From a virus: a stretch of DNA of 64,000 nt. Where the stretch lies: positions 6,730-70,729 of the IMG/VR virus record IMGVR_UViG_3300043313_002018. One strand, written 5' to 3'. The notes beneath the pieces are model-generated. The model saw only the letters and a program-made list of their open reading frames with translations, made no database searches and was not told where the DNA came from. Numbering within the stretch: position 1 is the stretch's first letter; every line of letters starts with the position of its first letter. The position numbers and the translations under genes are program-made. Below, in pieces: positions 36,805 through 45,938 of this stretch.

Positions 36805-37020
36805 ATGAGCAGACCCAGTACCGACGTTGACCGCGCACTAGCCGCAGAATGGACTGCGCGCCGCTGGCCGCAGCTCACCAAGAACGAGCAGAGCCTAATC
36901 CGCTTCGGGATGTTTCCCGCCGCCGTCATGGCCGAGGGAGAGCGCGAGGGATTGAACGGCCACGCACTCGCGTGCGCCTTTATGGACTGCGCCAAGGCGG
37001 ACGGAGGGATGCGCGCATGA
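36805..37020 (+). CDS. Early hypothetical protein
   Basis: ATG 36805 after GGAGGCTGAG. Confidence 0.65.
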   Translation: MSRPSTDVDRALAAEWTARRWPQLTKNEQSLIRFGMFPAAVMAEGEREGLNGHALACAFMDCAKADGGMRA

Positions 37021-37136
37021 TCGCCCTACTGACCGAATTGTGGCAGCACCCGCAGACCCGCGCGGTACTCGTGCTGTTTGCCGTCAGTGTGGCAGTCAGC
37101 ACCGCGAACCTCTTTCTGTGGAGCCCGCGCCGATGA
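37017..37136 (+). CDS. 39-aa single-TM peptide
   Basis: ATGA coupling at both ends; MIALLTELWQHPQTRAVLVLFAVSVAVSTANLFLWSPRR. Confidence 0.5.
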   Translation: MIALLTELWQHPQTRAVLVLFAVSVAVSTANLFLWSPRR

Positions 37137-37477
37137 TCGGCCCGCTCGTACTCGCCCTCGTACAAGACGCGCGCGGCGCCTACAAATTGACCACGCCGCA
37201 GTTGGAGCAGGTACTCGCCGCCACGATCGGCACCACGCACGGACGTCCCAGCGGCGATCCGCTGGTGTGTGCGGTGGAGCAGCTCCGCAGCCAGGTATCC
37301 GCCGTGCTGCAGGCCCGCAGGAAGGTAGACGCCGACGACGCCCGCGCGGCCGCCGCAGCCGAACGCGCCCAGCCGGCGCCGGCCGCCGGAGGACAGCGCG
37401 TCCCGCTGCCGCCGGCACCCCCCAGCCCGCGCCCGACCGCCGGCGCGCTGCAACAGCCGCAGATGGATCTGTTATGA
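37133..37477 (+). CDS. Early hypothetical protein
   Basis: ATGA coupled; Pro/Ala-rich tail. Confidence 0.5.
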   Translation: MIGPLVLALVQDARGAYKLTTPQLEQVLAATIGTTHGRPSGDPLVCAVEQLRSQVSAVLQARRKVDADDARAAAAAERAQPAPAAGGQRVPLPPAPPSPRPTAGALQQPQMDLL

Positions 37478-37653
37478 GGTACGTGGTACTGAGTGCCGAA
37501 GGACTGGAAGGAGTCTTCGATCGAGTCGAGGATGCGTACGGCTACGCCGCCGCGCTTCGGTCGATTGGTGTTTTGACGGTCGTACGTACCTCTGTACGTA
37601 CGCCCGCGTCAGATGGAAAAACACCAGGAGGGCTGAGACATGGCACCGAATAG
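37474..37653 (+). CDS. Small hypothetical protein
   Basis: ATGA coupled; MRYVVLSAEGLEGVFDRVEDAYGYA. Confidence 0.45.
   Translation: MRYVVLSAEGLEGVFDRVEDAYGYAAALRSIGVLTVVRTSVRTPASDGKTPGGLRHGTE
37581..37602. promoter_or_regulatory. Palindromic operator CGTACGTAC-CTCT-GTACGTACG downstream of a TTGACG
   Basis: Perfect 9-bp arms; TTGACG at 37573. Confidence 0.55.
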
Positions 37654-37686
37654 GAAGCACGCTGTACGTACGCCGGGGGTGCCGCA

Positions 37687-38316
37687 ATGAGCGCCGACAC
37701 CCTCGACACCCGCACGCTCGAGTACCGCGGCCTGCGCTTCAAGGTCTGCCACGTGGCCGACCCTGACCACCGCGCCCCGTGGGAGGAGTACGACGGGCAC
37801 GGCGTGGTCACGGACTGGCTGTCCATCGAGCAGCAGGCCGAGCGCGATCGTACGAAGTTCTACCCGCTGGGTACCATGCAGCGTGATGGCTCCCAGCGCT
37901 TCTATGACATGGACGCTAGTATCCGCAAGGCTATTGCGGAACAGTGGGGTGTGAACGACGAGGAACGCGCCAAGCTGAAAGCGGGACGGCTGGACGGTGC
38001 CGAGGCCAGCGAGGCCCAAGTACTCCACCGCGCCGTCGTACTTGATCGGGACTACCTCAATGCGTGGTGTAACGACGAATGGCAGTACATCGGCGTGGTG
38101 GTACAGCTGCAGGACGCGGGCGAACTGGTACCCACACAGAGCCTCTGGGGGATCGAGAGCAACGACACGGCGTACCTCGCAGCGGTCGCGCGGGAGCTGG
38201 CCGATCAAGTCATTGACGAGGCCAATAGCGCCTTAGAGCAGGCCATGTACAAGCTCCGCGAGCTGCAGGAGCAGATCCAGGCGGCGGTACTCGATCGGAA
38301 GGATGGCACCGCATGA
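37687..38316 (+). CDS. Conserved phage hypothetical protein
   Basis: PWEE.DGHG.V..W...FYD...WG...WC.D.W.YIGV.V...SLWGIES family. Confidence 0.7.
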   Translation: MSADTLDTRTLEYRGLRFKVCHVADPDHRAPWEEYDGHGVVTDWLSIEQQAERDRTKFYPLGTMQRDGSQRFYDMDASIRKAIAEQWGVNDEERAKLKAGRLDGAEASEAQVLHRAVVLDRDYLNAWCNDEWQYIGVVVQLQDAGELVPTQSLWGIESNDTAYLAAVARELADQVIDEANSALEQAMYKLRELQEQIQAAVLDRKDGTA

Positions 38317-38480
38317 ACGGCCCGCGCTACTGGATACGTGTGCAGATCCCCACATGGGGACTCACCCGGCACACCGGCCCGCGTAAGACGTGGTGGTACT
38401 TCAATAAACGCCGCTGGGTGCAGGTACGTAATCAGCTTCGGCGGCAGGGGTGTTGGTACGCCGCTGGGAGGTTGCCATGA
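38313..38480 (+). CDS. Trp/Arg-rich 55-aa peptide
   Basis: Manual translation MNGPRYWIRVQIPTWG...; ATGA coupling at both ends. Confidence 0.45.
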   Translation: MNGPRYWIRVQIPTWGLTRHTGPRKTWWYFNKRRWVQVRNQLRRQGCWYAAGRLP

Positions 38481-38674
38481 TCCCACGCGTGCTCAGGATC
38501 GAAGATGAGGAAGCAATGGCGATCGACGAAGAACTGAGGGCTGGGCAACGTACCGCACGCGTGCAGGTCAACGTTACTTATCGTGATCAGTTTGGGACAC
38601 GGTACCACGGCACGCGAGAGGTAAAGATTGCGCTGCGCCGGGAAACCGATGCGGATATTCAAGGAGGGCGGTAA
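38477..38674 (+). CDS. Small hypothetical protein
   Basis: GGAGG RBS; ATGA coupling. Confidence 0.55.
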   Translation: MIPRVLRIEDEEAMAIDEELRAGQRTARVQVNVTYRDQFGTRYHGTREVKIALRRETDADIQGGR

Positions 38675-38676
38675 AA

Positions 38677-39126
38677 ATGGGACGCCCGCTAGTCCACCCC
38701 CACCCGCGCGAACTCGGCGCCACCCGCTTCTTCGCGCGCCTGATCGCCTTCGACCTTGAGTGCCCCAGGTGTGGGAAGGTCTTTTCGATCCGGCGCATGA
38801 ACCGCTCGAAACTGTCGGCCGTGGCGCTGGACGATGCCGCGCACACGTGGAACCCGACCACGGCCCGCTTTACCTGCGTGGGGAAGGACGGCTGCCAGAA
38901 GCAGTACGTCTTAGGGCTGCTGGCGTGGGAACCGCCACGTGGTGCCCGTGCCGGCGCGCTGCCGATGGACCAGGTGCCGACACACCGCCAGTTGGCCGAA
39001 CTGCGCGAACTGGGCAGCGGCCAGTGGATGCCGCACCAGCCGACCGGCCGCATGGATACCAGTAACCTCGCAATCACTGACGAACGTCCGGAGGATCACG
39101 ACGATGACCGCCACGAAATCGAATAA
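38677..39126 (+). CDS. Zn-finger hypothetical protein
   Basis: ECPRCG...FTC....GC; GGAGG RBS. Confidence 0.6.
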   Translation: MGRPLVHPHPRELGATRFFARLIAFDLECPRCGKVFSIRRMNRSKLSAVALDDAAHTWNPTTARFTCVGKDGCQKQYVLGLLAWEPPRGARAGALPMDQVPTHRQLAELRELGSGQWMPHQPTGRMDTSNLAITDERPEDHDDDRHEIE

Positions 39127-39586
39127 GCAGAAGGCTGAGCACACCACCCACACGTACACCCCAGACGCGCGTTTAGTCGGGATGAACTTCGACCGCAAGG
39201 ATGCAATCCAGTTCCCCGCCGGGCAGAGCCGAGGGCGCAACGGCGGATTCACTGCCACCAGCTTCGCCGTCGCCGGAACGCCCGGCTTTGGCGACGACGA
39301 CGCCACGATCGCCGTAGAGGTACACAGCAGGCGACAGGCGACCTACGCGCCGATCCGCTTGGCGCTGAGCGTGCCCGATGCGATCGTGCTCGCCCAGGCC
39401 CTACTGCAGGCCGCTGAGGCCGTGACCGGAACGCCGCAGGAGTCTGCACCGATCCACGCCCGCTGCCTGCACTGCGACGCCGCTATCACGCTCGACCACG
39501 GCGCATGGATCGACCGTACGAAAGGGGACGGATGCGGGGACGCCGTACACGAACCGGCGTGGGACACGATCGAGGCTCGCCCATGA
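39104..39586 (+). CDS. Hypothetical protein with a C-terminal Cys/His cluster
   Basis: GGAGG RBS; CLHC...GCG...H. Confidence 0.5.
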   Translation: MTATKSNKQKAEHTTHTYTPDARLVGMNFDRKDAIQFPAGQSRGRNGGFTATSFAVAGTPGFGDDDATIAVEVHSRRQATYAPIRLALSVPDAIVLAQALLQAAEAVTGTPQESAPIHARCLHCDAAITLDHGAWIDRTKGDGCGDAVHEPAWDTIEARP

Positions 39587-39747
39587 CCAGCAGCCCCAGC
39601 AGCCGCGCCCGCCTCCTTGCCCTGATCGTGCTGATGCTTGTGCTGTTCGCCGTGCAGGCGTGCGTCTCGACCGTGCTGCATCTCCAGGCGCGCTTACTGG
39701 GCCCCGGCCTGCGCGCGCCCGTATCTACCGCATCCCCAACCCCCTAA
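39583..39747 (+). CDS. Small single-TM protein
   Basis: LLALIVLMLVLFAVQACV; ATGA coupling. Confidence 0.5.
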   Translation: MTSSPSSRARLLALIVLMLVLFAVQACVSTVLHLQARLLGPGLRAPVSTASPTP

Positions 39748-39760
39748 GAGGGTAGAAAGT

Positions 39761-39947
39761 GTGACCATTTGGTAGGTAACTAGTAGACAGCTAGGCACTT
39801 ATCAAATGGTCACCGTCCTACAGCCGAGCTGACCCTTTGACCATTCAAATGGTCAAAGGGTCAATGTGGTCAAGGTCTTATATCTTGTACAAACGCACGG
39901 ATTACGCCTGTACAGGCGAAATGGTCAAAAGGTCAGGATATTCCTGA
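39761..39947. other. Candidate replication origin (iterons plus nested palindromes)
   Basis: 11-bp IR 39761/39803; 16-bp perfect IR 39830-39863; 14-bp palindrome 39905-39918; IR 39933-39947; repeated (A/G)AATGGTCA. Confidence 0.65.
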
Positions 39948-39984
39948 GCCCTCTCGGTTTCGCTTTTTGTTTGATAGGGAGTCG

Positions 39985-40941
39985 TTACTGCGTGAGTGCC
40001 AGGGCGTAGCGCCCGTGGCCGATCTTCCGCACGCGGCCCGCGTCGATCTCTCGATCGAGCTGGCGCTGCATGGTGCTCTTGCTGAGGTCCCGCTCAACCG
40101 CGTGCTTGAACAGGTCGACGAACACTAACCCATCCGGCCCGGCATTAGCAAGCACGCCCACAATCCAGCAGGCCGCGACGTCCGCCGACACTTCCTCGGA
40201 AAGGAATCGGCCGGCGTCATCCCGGGACACACTGAAGGTTTTGCTCTTGCTGTGGTGGGGCGCCCAGAGGAACGTGTAGTGCTTGGTCTTCAGCTCCTCG
40301 GGGCTGGCGAGGAACATCTGCGTGTCGGAGTACGTGTAAAGGGAGGTGCTGCCGAGAATATGGTCCTGGAGTCGCGCATACCCTTGCTTCTTGTCGGCTT
40401 TGGGTTTGCTCGCGTCCATCGTGCCGATCAGCGCCACGTGGTTCAGGCGCTGGCAGAGCTCGCGGACTTCCAAGAGTGCCACCGCGGTCGCGTCCGCGTC
40501 CAAGAGGTTGCCACCTAAAAACAGCGCCAGCGAATCCACATACACCAGCGAGCCGGCGGGAAACCCGGCGGCCGGCGCCACCTTCGCCAGACACTCTTCC
40601 AGGATCGCCAGCCGATCGGCTTTGGTGCGCATCCGGCGTTTCTTGAAGGTCGTATCGTCGACGAGGGAGTAGTGCTTGAGATGTTGCAGCCCCTCGAGCG
40701 CAAACCATTTCGAGCTCGAATGAATCCAGCTGCGATTCGCCCCGATATACGCCTGGTAGGGGGGTGCGGGCAGGGTCGGCGCGACACCGAACACCGGCGC
40801 CTGATGGCTGAGCAACTTGGCGAGGAGCGCCAGAAAGGCGGTTTTCCCCACGCCGCTGGTGCCGGCGAGCAGGTTCACCGACCCAGCTAAGAGTACCGGT
40901 TCGAGCGGACCTGGGGCAATCGAGTGTGCGCTGTCTGCCAT
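39985..40941 (-). CDS. RepA-like (AAA_25) helicase with a C-terminal winged helix
   Basis: Walker A LLAGTSGVGKT, Walker B LVYVDSL, GSTSL; C-terminal helix-turn-helix and GRYAL wing. Confidence 0.75.
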   Translation of the reverse strand: MADSAHSIAPGPLEPVLLAGSVNLLAGTSGVGKTAFLALLAKLLSHQAPVFGVAPTLPAPPYQAYIGANRSWIHSSSKWFALEGLQHLKHYSLVDDTTFKKRRMRTKADRLAILEECLAKVAPAAGFPAGSLVYVDSLALFLGGNLLDADATAVALLEVRELCQRLNHVALIGTMDASKPKADKKQGYARLQDHILGSTSLYTYSDTQMFLASPEELKTKHYTFLWAPHHSKSKTFSVSRDDAGRFLSEEVSADVAACWIVGVLANAGPDGLVFVDLFKHAVERDLSKSTMQRQLDREIDAGRVRKIGHGRYALALTQ

Positions 40942-41127
40942 GTCTCAGAAGTCTCCTGAATCTCAACACAGGGATGGGCGTGGAGAGGACACATGGGCAG
41001 ACGGCGCGGGTGGTAGGTTCGGGAACGTCAGTGGGTGTTGAGTGGGGCGAACTGTAGCGCACTCCGGGTACACGTGGAAGCCACTAAATGTAGGACTGCT
41101 GAGATTCTGTGCACTGTATTTAGTGGC

Positions 41128-41157
41128 TTGACGAGGGCCGCAGAGTTTCTGTAAAGT
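41128..41157 (+). promoter_or_regulatory. Sigma70-like promoter TTGACG-N18-TAAAGT (extended TG) for the replication operon
   Basis: Read directly; the -35 overlaps the arm of the 12-bp IR AAGCCACTAAAT/ATTTAGTGGCTT (41078, 41118). Confidence 0.65.
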
Positions 41158-41219
41158 TCACACTCTTTGGTGGCCGAACCCTGTAGACAGGAAAGCCGCC
41201 GATCCAGTAGGCTGAGCAC

Positions 41220-41546
41220 ATGACAACCACGCAGGGTACGCCCACCGACAATCCGCAGTTGCTCGACGACGAGAGCGCCGACGCCCAGTTTCTGGAGGCC
41301 GTGGAGGCCATGCGCGCCGCCAGCCGCCCCAAGGTGCGGGTGCGCGTGCTGCTGCAGCTCTATCGGTTCGGGGTCGGGCAGCGCTACAAGAACTGGCGCG
41401 GGCAGATCTTCCGCCTGGAGCTCGATCCCACGATCATGGCGGCCAGTAACTTCCGCACGGCGCTCAGCATGTTCTTTGAAGCGTTGACGACGATTGGGCC
41501 GGCCAAGGTGGTGGACGCCTTGCAAGCCGCGATGAAGGGAAACTGA
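41220..41546 (+). CDS. Hypothetical protein
   Basis: AGGCTGAG start motif; TGATG coupling. Confidence 0.65.
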   Translation: MTTTQGTPTDNPQLLDDESADAQFLEAVEAMRAASRPKVRVRVLLQLYRFGVGQRYKNWRGQIFRLELDPTIMAASNFRTALSMFFEALTTIGPAKVVDALQAAMKGN

Positions 41547-41752
41547 TGGCCGACGTCATCCTTACCGTCACCGTGGCCGAGGGGTCGACGCTGCCGCAGG
41601 CGATTCGCGCCATGCTGCGGATTGCGCGGGCGTTGAGCTGTTTGGTGGGTTCCACGTGGAACGGCGAGACATTTACCGTGAACGGCGACGAGAGCTACTC
41701 CGCCGCGCAGGACCGTATCCTGAAACAGCTGAAGGTGAACGGGCGTGAGTAA
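41546..41752 (+). CDS. Small hypothetical protein
   Basis: Coupled at both ends. Confidence 0.55.
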   Translation: MADVILTVTVAEGSTLPQAIRAMLRIARALSCLVGSTWNGETFTVNGDESYSAAQDRILKQLKVNGRE

Positions 41753-43124
41753 CGGACCCCTGACACTTTCCAAGCCGATTCTCCTCTGGCTGACGGATCG
41801 CAGCCGCTACGAAACCGGCAACGCCTGCGCGCGGGAACGGCTCCTGCGCTACCACTGGGGCCCGCATGGCTACGGGATTCAGAAGGCGGCGCAGAAGATT
41901 CCCCTCGCCACCGGGGACGTGGTGCACACCGGGCTCGCACTCGTGCTCGACTACTGCCGGGACAACGATGTACTGCCGCCGGCGGAGATTGTGAATGTGG
42001 CGGTCGAGACGGCGCTCAAAAAGTACGCCCAGATCATCGACTCCCGCGGCCTCCTGCACTGGGAAGACACCGCCGAGCAGCAAGCGCGCCTCATCAGCGA
42101 GCAGCAGATGCTGATCGAAGGGTTGATCCGCGGCTGGGTGATGTGGCGCCTGCCGGAAGTCCTGAAGGTCTACCGCATCGTGTACGTCGAGCGGGAAGCC
42201 GTCAGTGTGTCCCGCTGTACCTGTGGCATCGGCGACCGCCTCGGCACGCTCGAGGATCACGTCTCCAAGGACTGCGAAGGCATCTGCATCCAGACCCGCG
42301 GCGACTTCGTGGCCCAGCATCGCACGACCGGCAACTACGCCTACAACGAGTTCAAGACCACGACCGAGAACAACATCCGGTTCCGCACGACCTACGAAAC
42401 CACGATGCAGCCCTACCTGGGCACGCTCGGGATCGAAGACGAGCTCGGCATCGACGTCACCGAGATCTACATCCACGGGCTCATCAAGGGGAAGTACACG
42501 CACGAGTACAACCCCGACACCCGCGACTACGATGGGCCCGAGTACCAGAACAGCAAGCTCTGTTACGCCTACCGGGATGAAGCGAATCCGATGGCGGCGA
42601 GCTGGACGGTCAAGAGTCAGTGGAAGGACGGGGCCGGCATGACCAAGCGGTTGCCCAAGTCCTTCAAGCGCACGCCGGTGGCGGAGTTCGGCAACTACCA
42701 GGAATACCTGGAGGCGTTTGCCGAGGACCTCGCGCCGCAAGTGCTGGTCACCCTGGGCCCGCTGCCCAAGAAGCAGCACATTCGAGATGGCGCGCTGGAA
42801 TCGTGGGTACATGAAGAGGAGCGTATCCGCTGGGCGCTCTTTGAATTCGCCGACCTGGTGGATGCGCATGGCGGCAACTGGGCGGCCGAGCCCGTGCAGC
42901 GCTTCCTCGATCGCCAGTTCCGGCGCACGTTCGACTGCCAGCGCTTCGGCGGGCGGTATGCCTGCCACATGATCCCGATCTGCCACGAGCATCCCGGTTG
43001 GGAAGATCCGATGGGGTTGCTGGGGTTTGTCCCGCGCCGACCGCATCATCTCCCGGAGGAGCAGCAGGCGATCGAACGCGGCTACCTGGCGCCCGACGTC
43101 GCGGTCGAGACGCCCGAGGATTAA
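41745..43124 (+). CDS. PD-(D/E)XK (RecB/Cas4-like) exonuclease
   Basis: DRSRY...C.RE..L.Y, TGDVVH.GL, RGDFV, NEFKTT, QPY; terminal C...C...C. Confidence 0.75.
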   Translation: MSNGPLTLSKPILLWLTDRSRYETGNACARERLLRYHWGPHGYGIQKAAQKIPLATGDVVHTGLALVLDYCRDNDVLPPAEIVNVAVETALKKYAQIIDSRGLLHWEDTAEQQARLISEQQMLIEGLIRGWVMWRLPEVLKVYRIVYVEREAVSVSRCTCGIGDRLGTLEDHVSKDCEGICIQTRGDFVAQHRTTGNYAYNEFKTTTENNIRFRTTYETTMQPYLGTLGIEDELGIDVTEIYIHGLIKGKYTHEYNPDTRDYDGPEYQNSKLCYAYRDEANPMAASWTVKSQWKDGAGMTKRLPKSFKRTPVAEFGNYQEYLEAFAEDLAPQVLVTLGPLPKKQHIRDGALESWVHEEERIRWALFEFADLVDAHGGNWAAEPVQRFLDRQFRRTFDCQRFGGRYACHMIPICHEHPGWEDPMGLLGFVPRRPHHLPEEQQAIERGYLAPDVAVETPED

Positions 43125-43133
43125 GAAGGAGGA

Positions 43134-43556
43134 GTGATGGTTGACAAGAAAGCACTGACGTTAGAGGAATTCCGCACCACCACGCGCGAGCTCGATGGCA
43201 GCGTGCCGCTGCTGTTCAACGGACAGCGGGTGCATGGCATCCTGCTCGATCGCAACACCGCCGGCGACCTGCAGGCGCACCTGCAGGGGGACAGTCTCGC
43301 CAGCGAAGACGCACCGCTGGTGCCCGTACCGGAGGCCGTAATGGCGCCCGCCGGCCACGAGCCCCGGGATATGGCCCCGGAGGTGGATGATGCCGATGCC
43401 GACACCGATCGGCTCGAATCCCTCACCGAGCGGCGCACCAACGATCCGGCGTCGCTGACCGATGAGGAACGCGAGGAGCTCGCGCGGCTCGAGAAGTTGG
43501 CCGGCGTGGAAGACCGGCGCGCACCGGACACCGGCAACGAAGGCGACCCGCTCTAG
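43134..43556 (+). CDS. Acidic hypothetical protein
   Basis: AGGAGGAG RBS. Confidence 0.6.
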   Translation: MMVDKKALTLEEFRTTTRELDGSVPLLFNGQRVHGILLDRNTAGDLQAHLQGDSLASEDAPLVPVPEAVMAPAGHEPRDMAPEVDDADADTDRLESLTERRTNDPASLTDEEREELARLEKLAGVEDRRAPDTGNEGDPL

Positions 43557-43559
43557 GCC

Positions 43560-44339
43560 ATGGCCGAAATCCCTCCGAAGATCGCGGCCGGCATCGCCGA
43601 GGGCGGCGGCCGTCACTACCGCGGGCGCGGCCTTGGCCAGATGGGCCCGTGGAAGTGCGTCGCCTGCGGCATCGAGAACGTGGGGGACTTCGGGAAGGGG
43701 TGCCAGAAGTGTGGAGCGGGTGCCCCTGGCGTGCAGACACGGAAGAAGGGTGAGGCTAGCCTGGTTACCGAGACTGCTGTCAGGGCGCCCGCTGCACGAC
43801 CCGCCCGCGCGAGCGCGACTCGTGCCGAGGGGAACACGATCGCGCAGCAGTTGCGCGGGCGGGTCGGCAGTATCGACTACGACGAGATTGAACGGCGCAT
43901 GGCACGCGCGCTGGAAGCCCGGCTCGGCGGCGGGTACACCACCCCCGAACGCCGGGTGCTCTACGAAGCGCTGGAGAGTTTCCTGATCTTGATCGACAAC
44001 GGGGAACTGGAGTTACCGGCCGGGTACATGTCGATCGAACAGATGCGCATTCTTGCGCAGAAGGTGGCCCCGGACGAGGGCCTGGAAATGGTTGAGGAGA
44101 GAGATGCCGCAAGCACCACCACCGCGCCCGAGACAGACCCCGAAGCCGGGGACCGCGCTGAAGCCAGCCCCGGCGGGGAGTACGTCCCCGACGACGACCA
44201 CGACACCGACTACGCCGATCTCGACCTCCGCACCGGGAGTCGGGTCAGTCCCGCGCCGCTCGACCCCGCGCCCGAATTCGTCGACCCTGATCCTGGGCCC
44301 GACGAAAGCCGGGAAGACGACCCTGATCGCCACGGCTAG
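43560..44339 (+). CDS. Hypothetical protein with a RanBP2-like Zn finger
   Basis: GPWKCVACGIEN......CQKCG. Confidence 0.6.
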   Translation: MAEIPPKIAAGIAEGGGRHYRGRGLGQMGPWKCVACGIENVGDFGKGCQKCGAGAPGVQTRKKGEASLVTETAVRAPAARPARASATRAEGNTIAQQLRGRVGSIDYDEIERRMARALEARLGGGYTTPERRVLYEALESFLILIDNGELELPAGYMSIEQMRILAQKVAPDEGLEMVEERDAASTTTAPETDPEAGDRAEASPGGEYVPDDDHDTDYADLDLRTGSRVSPAPLDPAPEFVDPDPGPDESREDDPDRHG

Positions 44340-45867
44340 CGAGTACATCTACGAAACCTGGGGCAAGGTCCTCGTCCTTTACACGGCGGAGCTCGGTGGG
44401 TTCAGTGCCCGCGTCGAGCAGCGCATCCGCCAGGGGTTGATTCGTCCGGTGCGCATGCGCACGCGCGATGACGAGGAGAACTCGCTCTCGTTTGAAACCC
44501 TGCAGCTCTGCTCCAAGGGCTACATGCCGGTGCGCTTCCTCAACCCGCTGGAAGGCGAGGTCGAGCAGGGCGTGCCGATGATCGGCCCGACCACCACCAT
44601 TCACGAGCAGTTCTGCGGCAGCTGTGCCGGCTCAGTACAACGCACCCGCTTCAAGAGCAAGCTGCGCAACACCACCTGCCCGCATTGCAAGAAGCCGGTA
44701 ACGATCAGCACCGGAACGGTCGTGAGCACCGTGCAGCAGACCAAGGGGTTTGAGAATATCGGGGGACTTGGCTACGACGGGCTCACCTCCTTCAGCGACT
44801 GGTACCTGCAGGATATGTCCCACCGCAAGAACCTCGAGGGCGAGAAGGCGGCGCTTGGCGGCGAGATTGAGTCGGGCAACATCACCTTCCGGGGTAACAA
44901 CCGCAGCCAGGTCGGCATGGCGCAGACGCGGGTACACGAGCTCGTGGCGAACAGCCTGAGCATCCCGAACTTGGAGCTGATGCCGTTCTGGACGGCGATC
45001 TCGCATGAGAGCTCCGACGATACCGGCCGCCTGACCATCGTCGGACCCAAGCTGGCCGGCGACGCCAAGACCTACATCGCTTGCAGCTGGTTCGGCAACG
45101 TCGTGGAAGCCGACGTGCGCCAGAACGAGCACCACGAGTACATCCGCCGCCTCTGGGTCAGCCAGTTCTACGACGAGAACAACCGCCGGCACCTGTGCGG
45201 CCACCGTGGCGATCCGCGCTTCATGGACGTCTACTACGAGGACGCGCCCTACAGCGACGAGAAGCCGCCGACGGAAATCTGCACGGGGTTCTCGCTCAGC
45301 TACTTCCTGAAGCAGGTGGAGCTGAGCATCCAGAAGGGTATGGACGTCGACAAGATCGGCGACGGCAAGATGCCCGGGACGGATAGCATCCCCACGATCT
45401 ACGGGGATGCGGATGACGAGCTGGCGCCGGCACCGGTGGCAGCAGTGGCCGCGGGACCCAAGGCGGTCAGCCGCAAGCCGGGCGTGGTGAAGCCGAAGCC
45501 GCCAGGCGCGAAGCCGGCACCGGTAGCGACGTCCGCACCCGAGCCTGAGCCCGAGCCCGAGGTCGATCCCACGCCTGACAACAGCACGGTGGCGGAAGAA
45601 GCCGCTGAGGAAACGGAAGCTCCGGCAACCGAGGAGGTTGTCCCCGAGGTGCAGGAGTCGGAAGCGCCGGCGGAGGACCAGTCCTCTCCCGCCGAGCCCG
45701 CACCGACGCCTGTGCAAACCGCGACCGCGGCTCCCGCACCGCCTGCTCCTGGTGCGTGGGCCCGGCCCGCGGGCAGCAAACCGCCGGCGCCTCGTGCGCC
45801 GCAACCTGGCCCCAAGGCCCCGGCGCGCACTGCGCCCCGGCCCGTGCAGGCCATGAAACCGAGCTAA
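44104..45867 (+). CDS. AAA_24/Sak4-like ATPase (recombinase) with a Zn-ribbon insert and Pro/Glu-rich tails
   Basis: Walker A LILGPTKAGKTT, YDGLTS, GPKLAG; CGSC...CPHC insert; GAGGAG RBS before ATG 44104. Confidence 0.7.
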   Translation: MPQAPPPRPRQTPKPGTALKPAPAGSTSPTTTTTPTTPISTSAPGVGSVPRRSTPRPNSSTLILGPTKAGKTTLIATASEYIYETWGKVLVLYTAELGGFSARVEQRIRQGLIRPVRMRTRDDEENSLSFETLQLCSKGYMPVRFLNPLEGEVEQGVPMIGPTTTIHEQFCGSCAGSVQRTRFKSKLRNTTCPHCKKPVTISTGTVVSTVQQTKGFENIGGLGYDGLTSFSDWYLQDMSHRKNLEGEKAALGGEIESGNITFRGNNRSQVGMAQTRVHELVANSLSIPNLELMPFWTAISHESSDDTGRLTIVGPKLAGDAKTYIACSWFGNVVEADVRQNEHHEYIRRLWVSQFYDENNRRHLCGHRGDPRFMDVYYEDAPYSDEKPPTEICTGFSLSYFLKQVELSIQKGMDVDKIGDGKMPGTDSIPTIYGDADDELAPAPVAAVAAGPKAVSRKPGVVKPKPPGAKPAPVATSAPEPEPEPEVDPTPDNSTVAEEAAEETEAPATEEVVPEVQESEAPAEDQSSPAEPAPTPVQTATAAPAPPAPGAWARPAGSKPPAPRAPQPGPKAPARTAPRPVQAMKPS

Positions 45868-45938
45868 CTAGGTAAGCGTTCCCCCGTTCGTCTACCCCGA
45901 GCTGCGAGAGGCGCTGCTCGATATTCCAGGAGTGTTCG

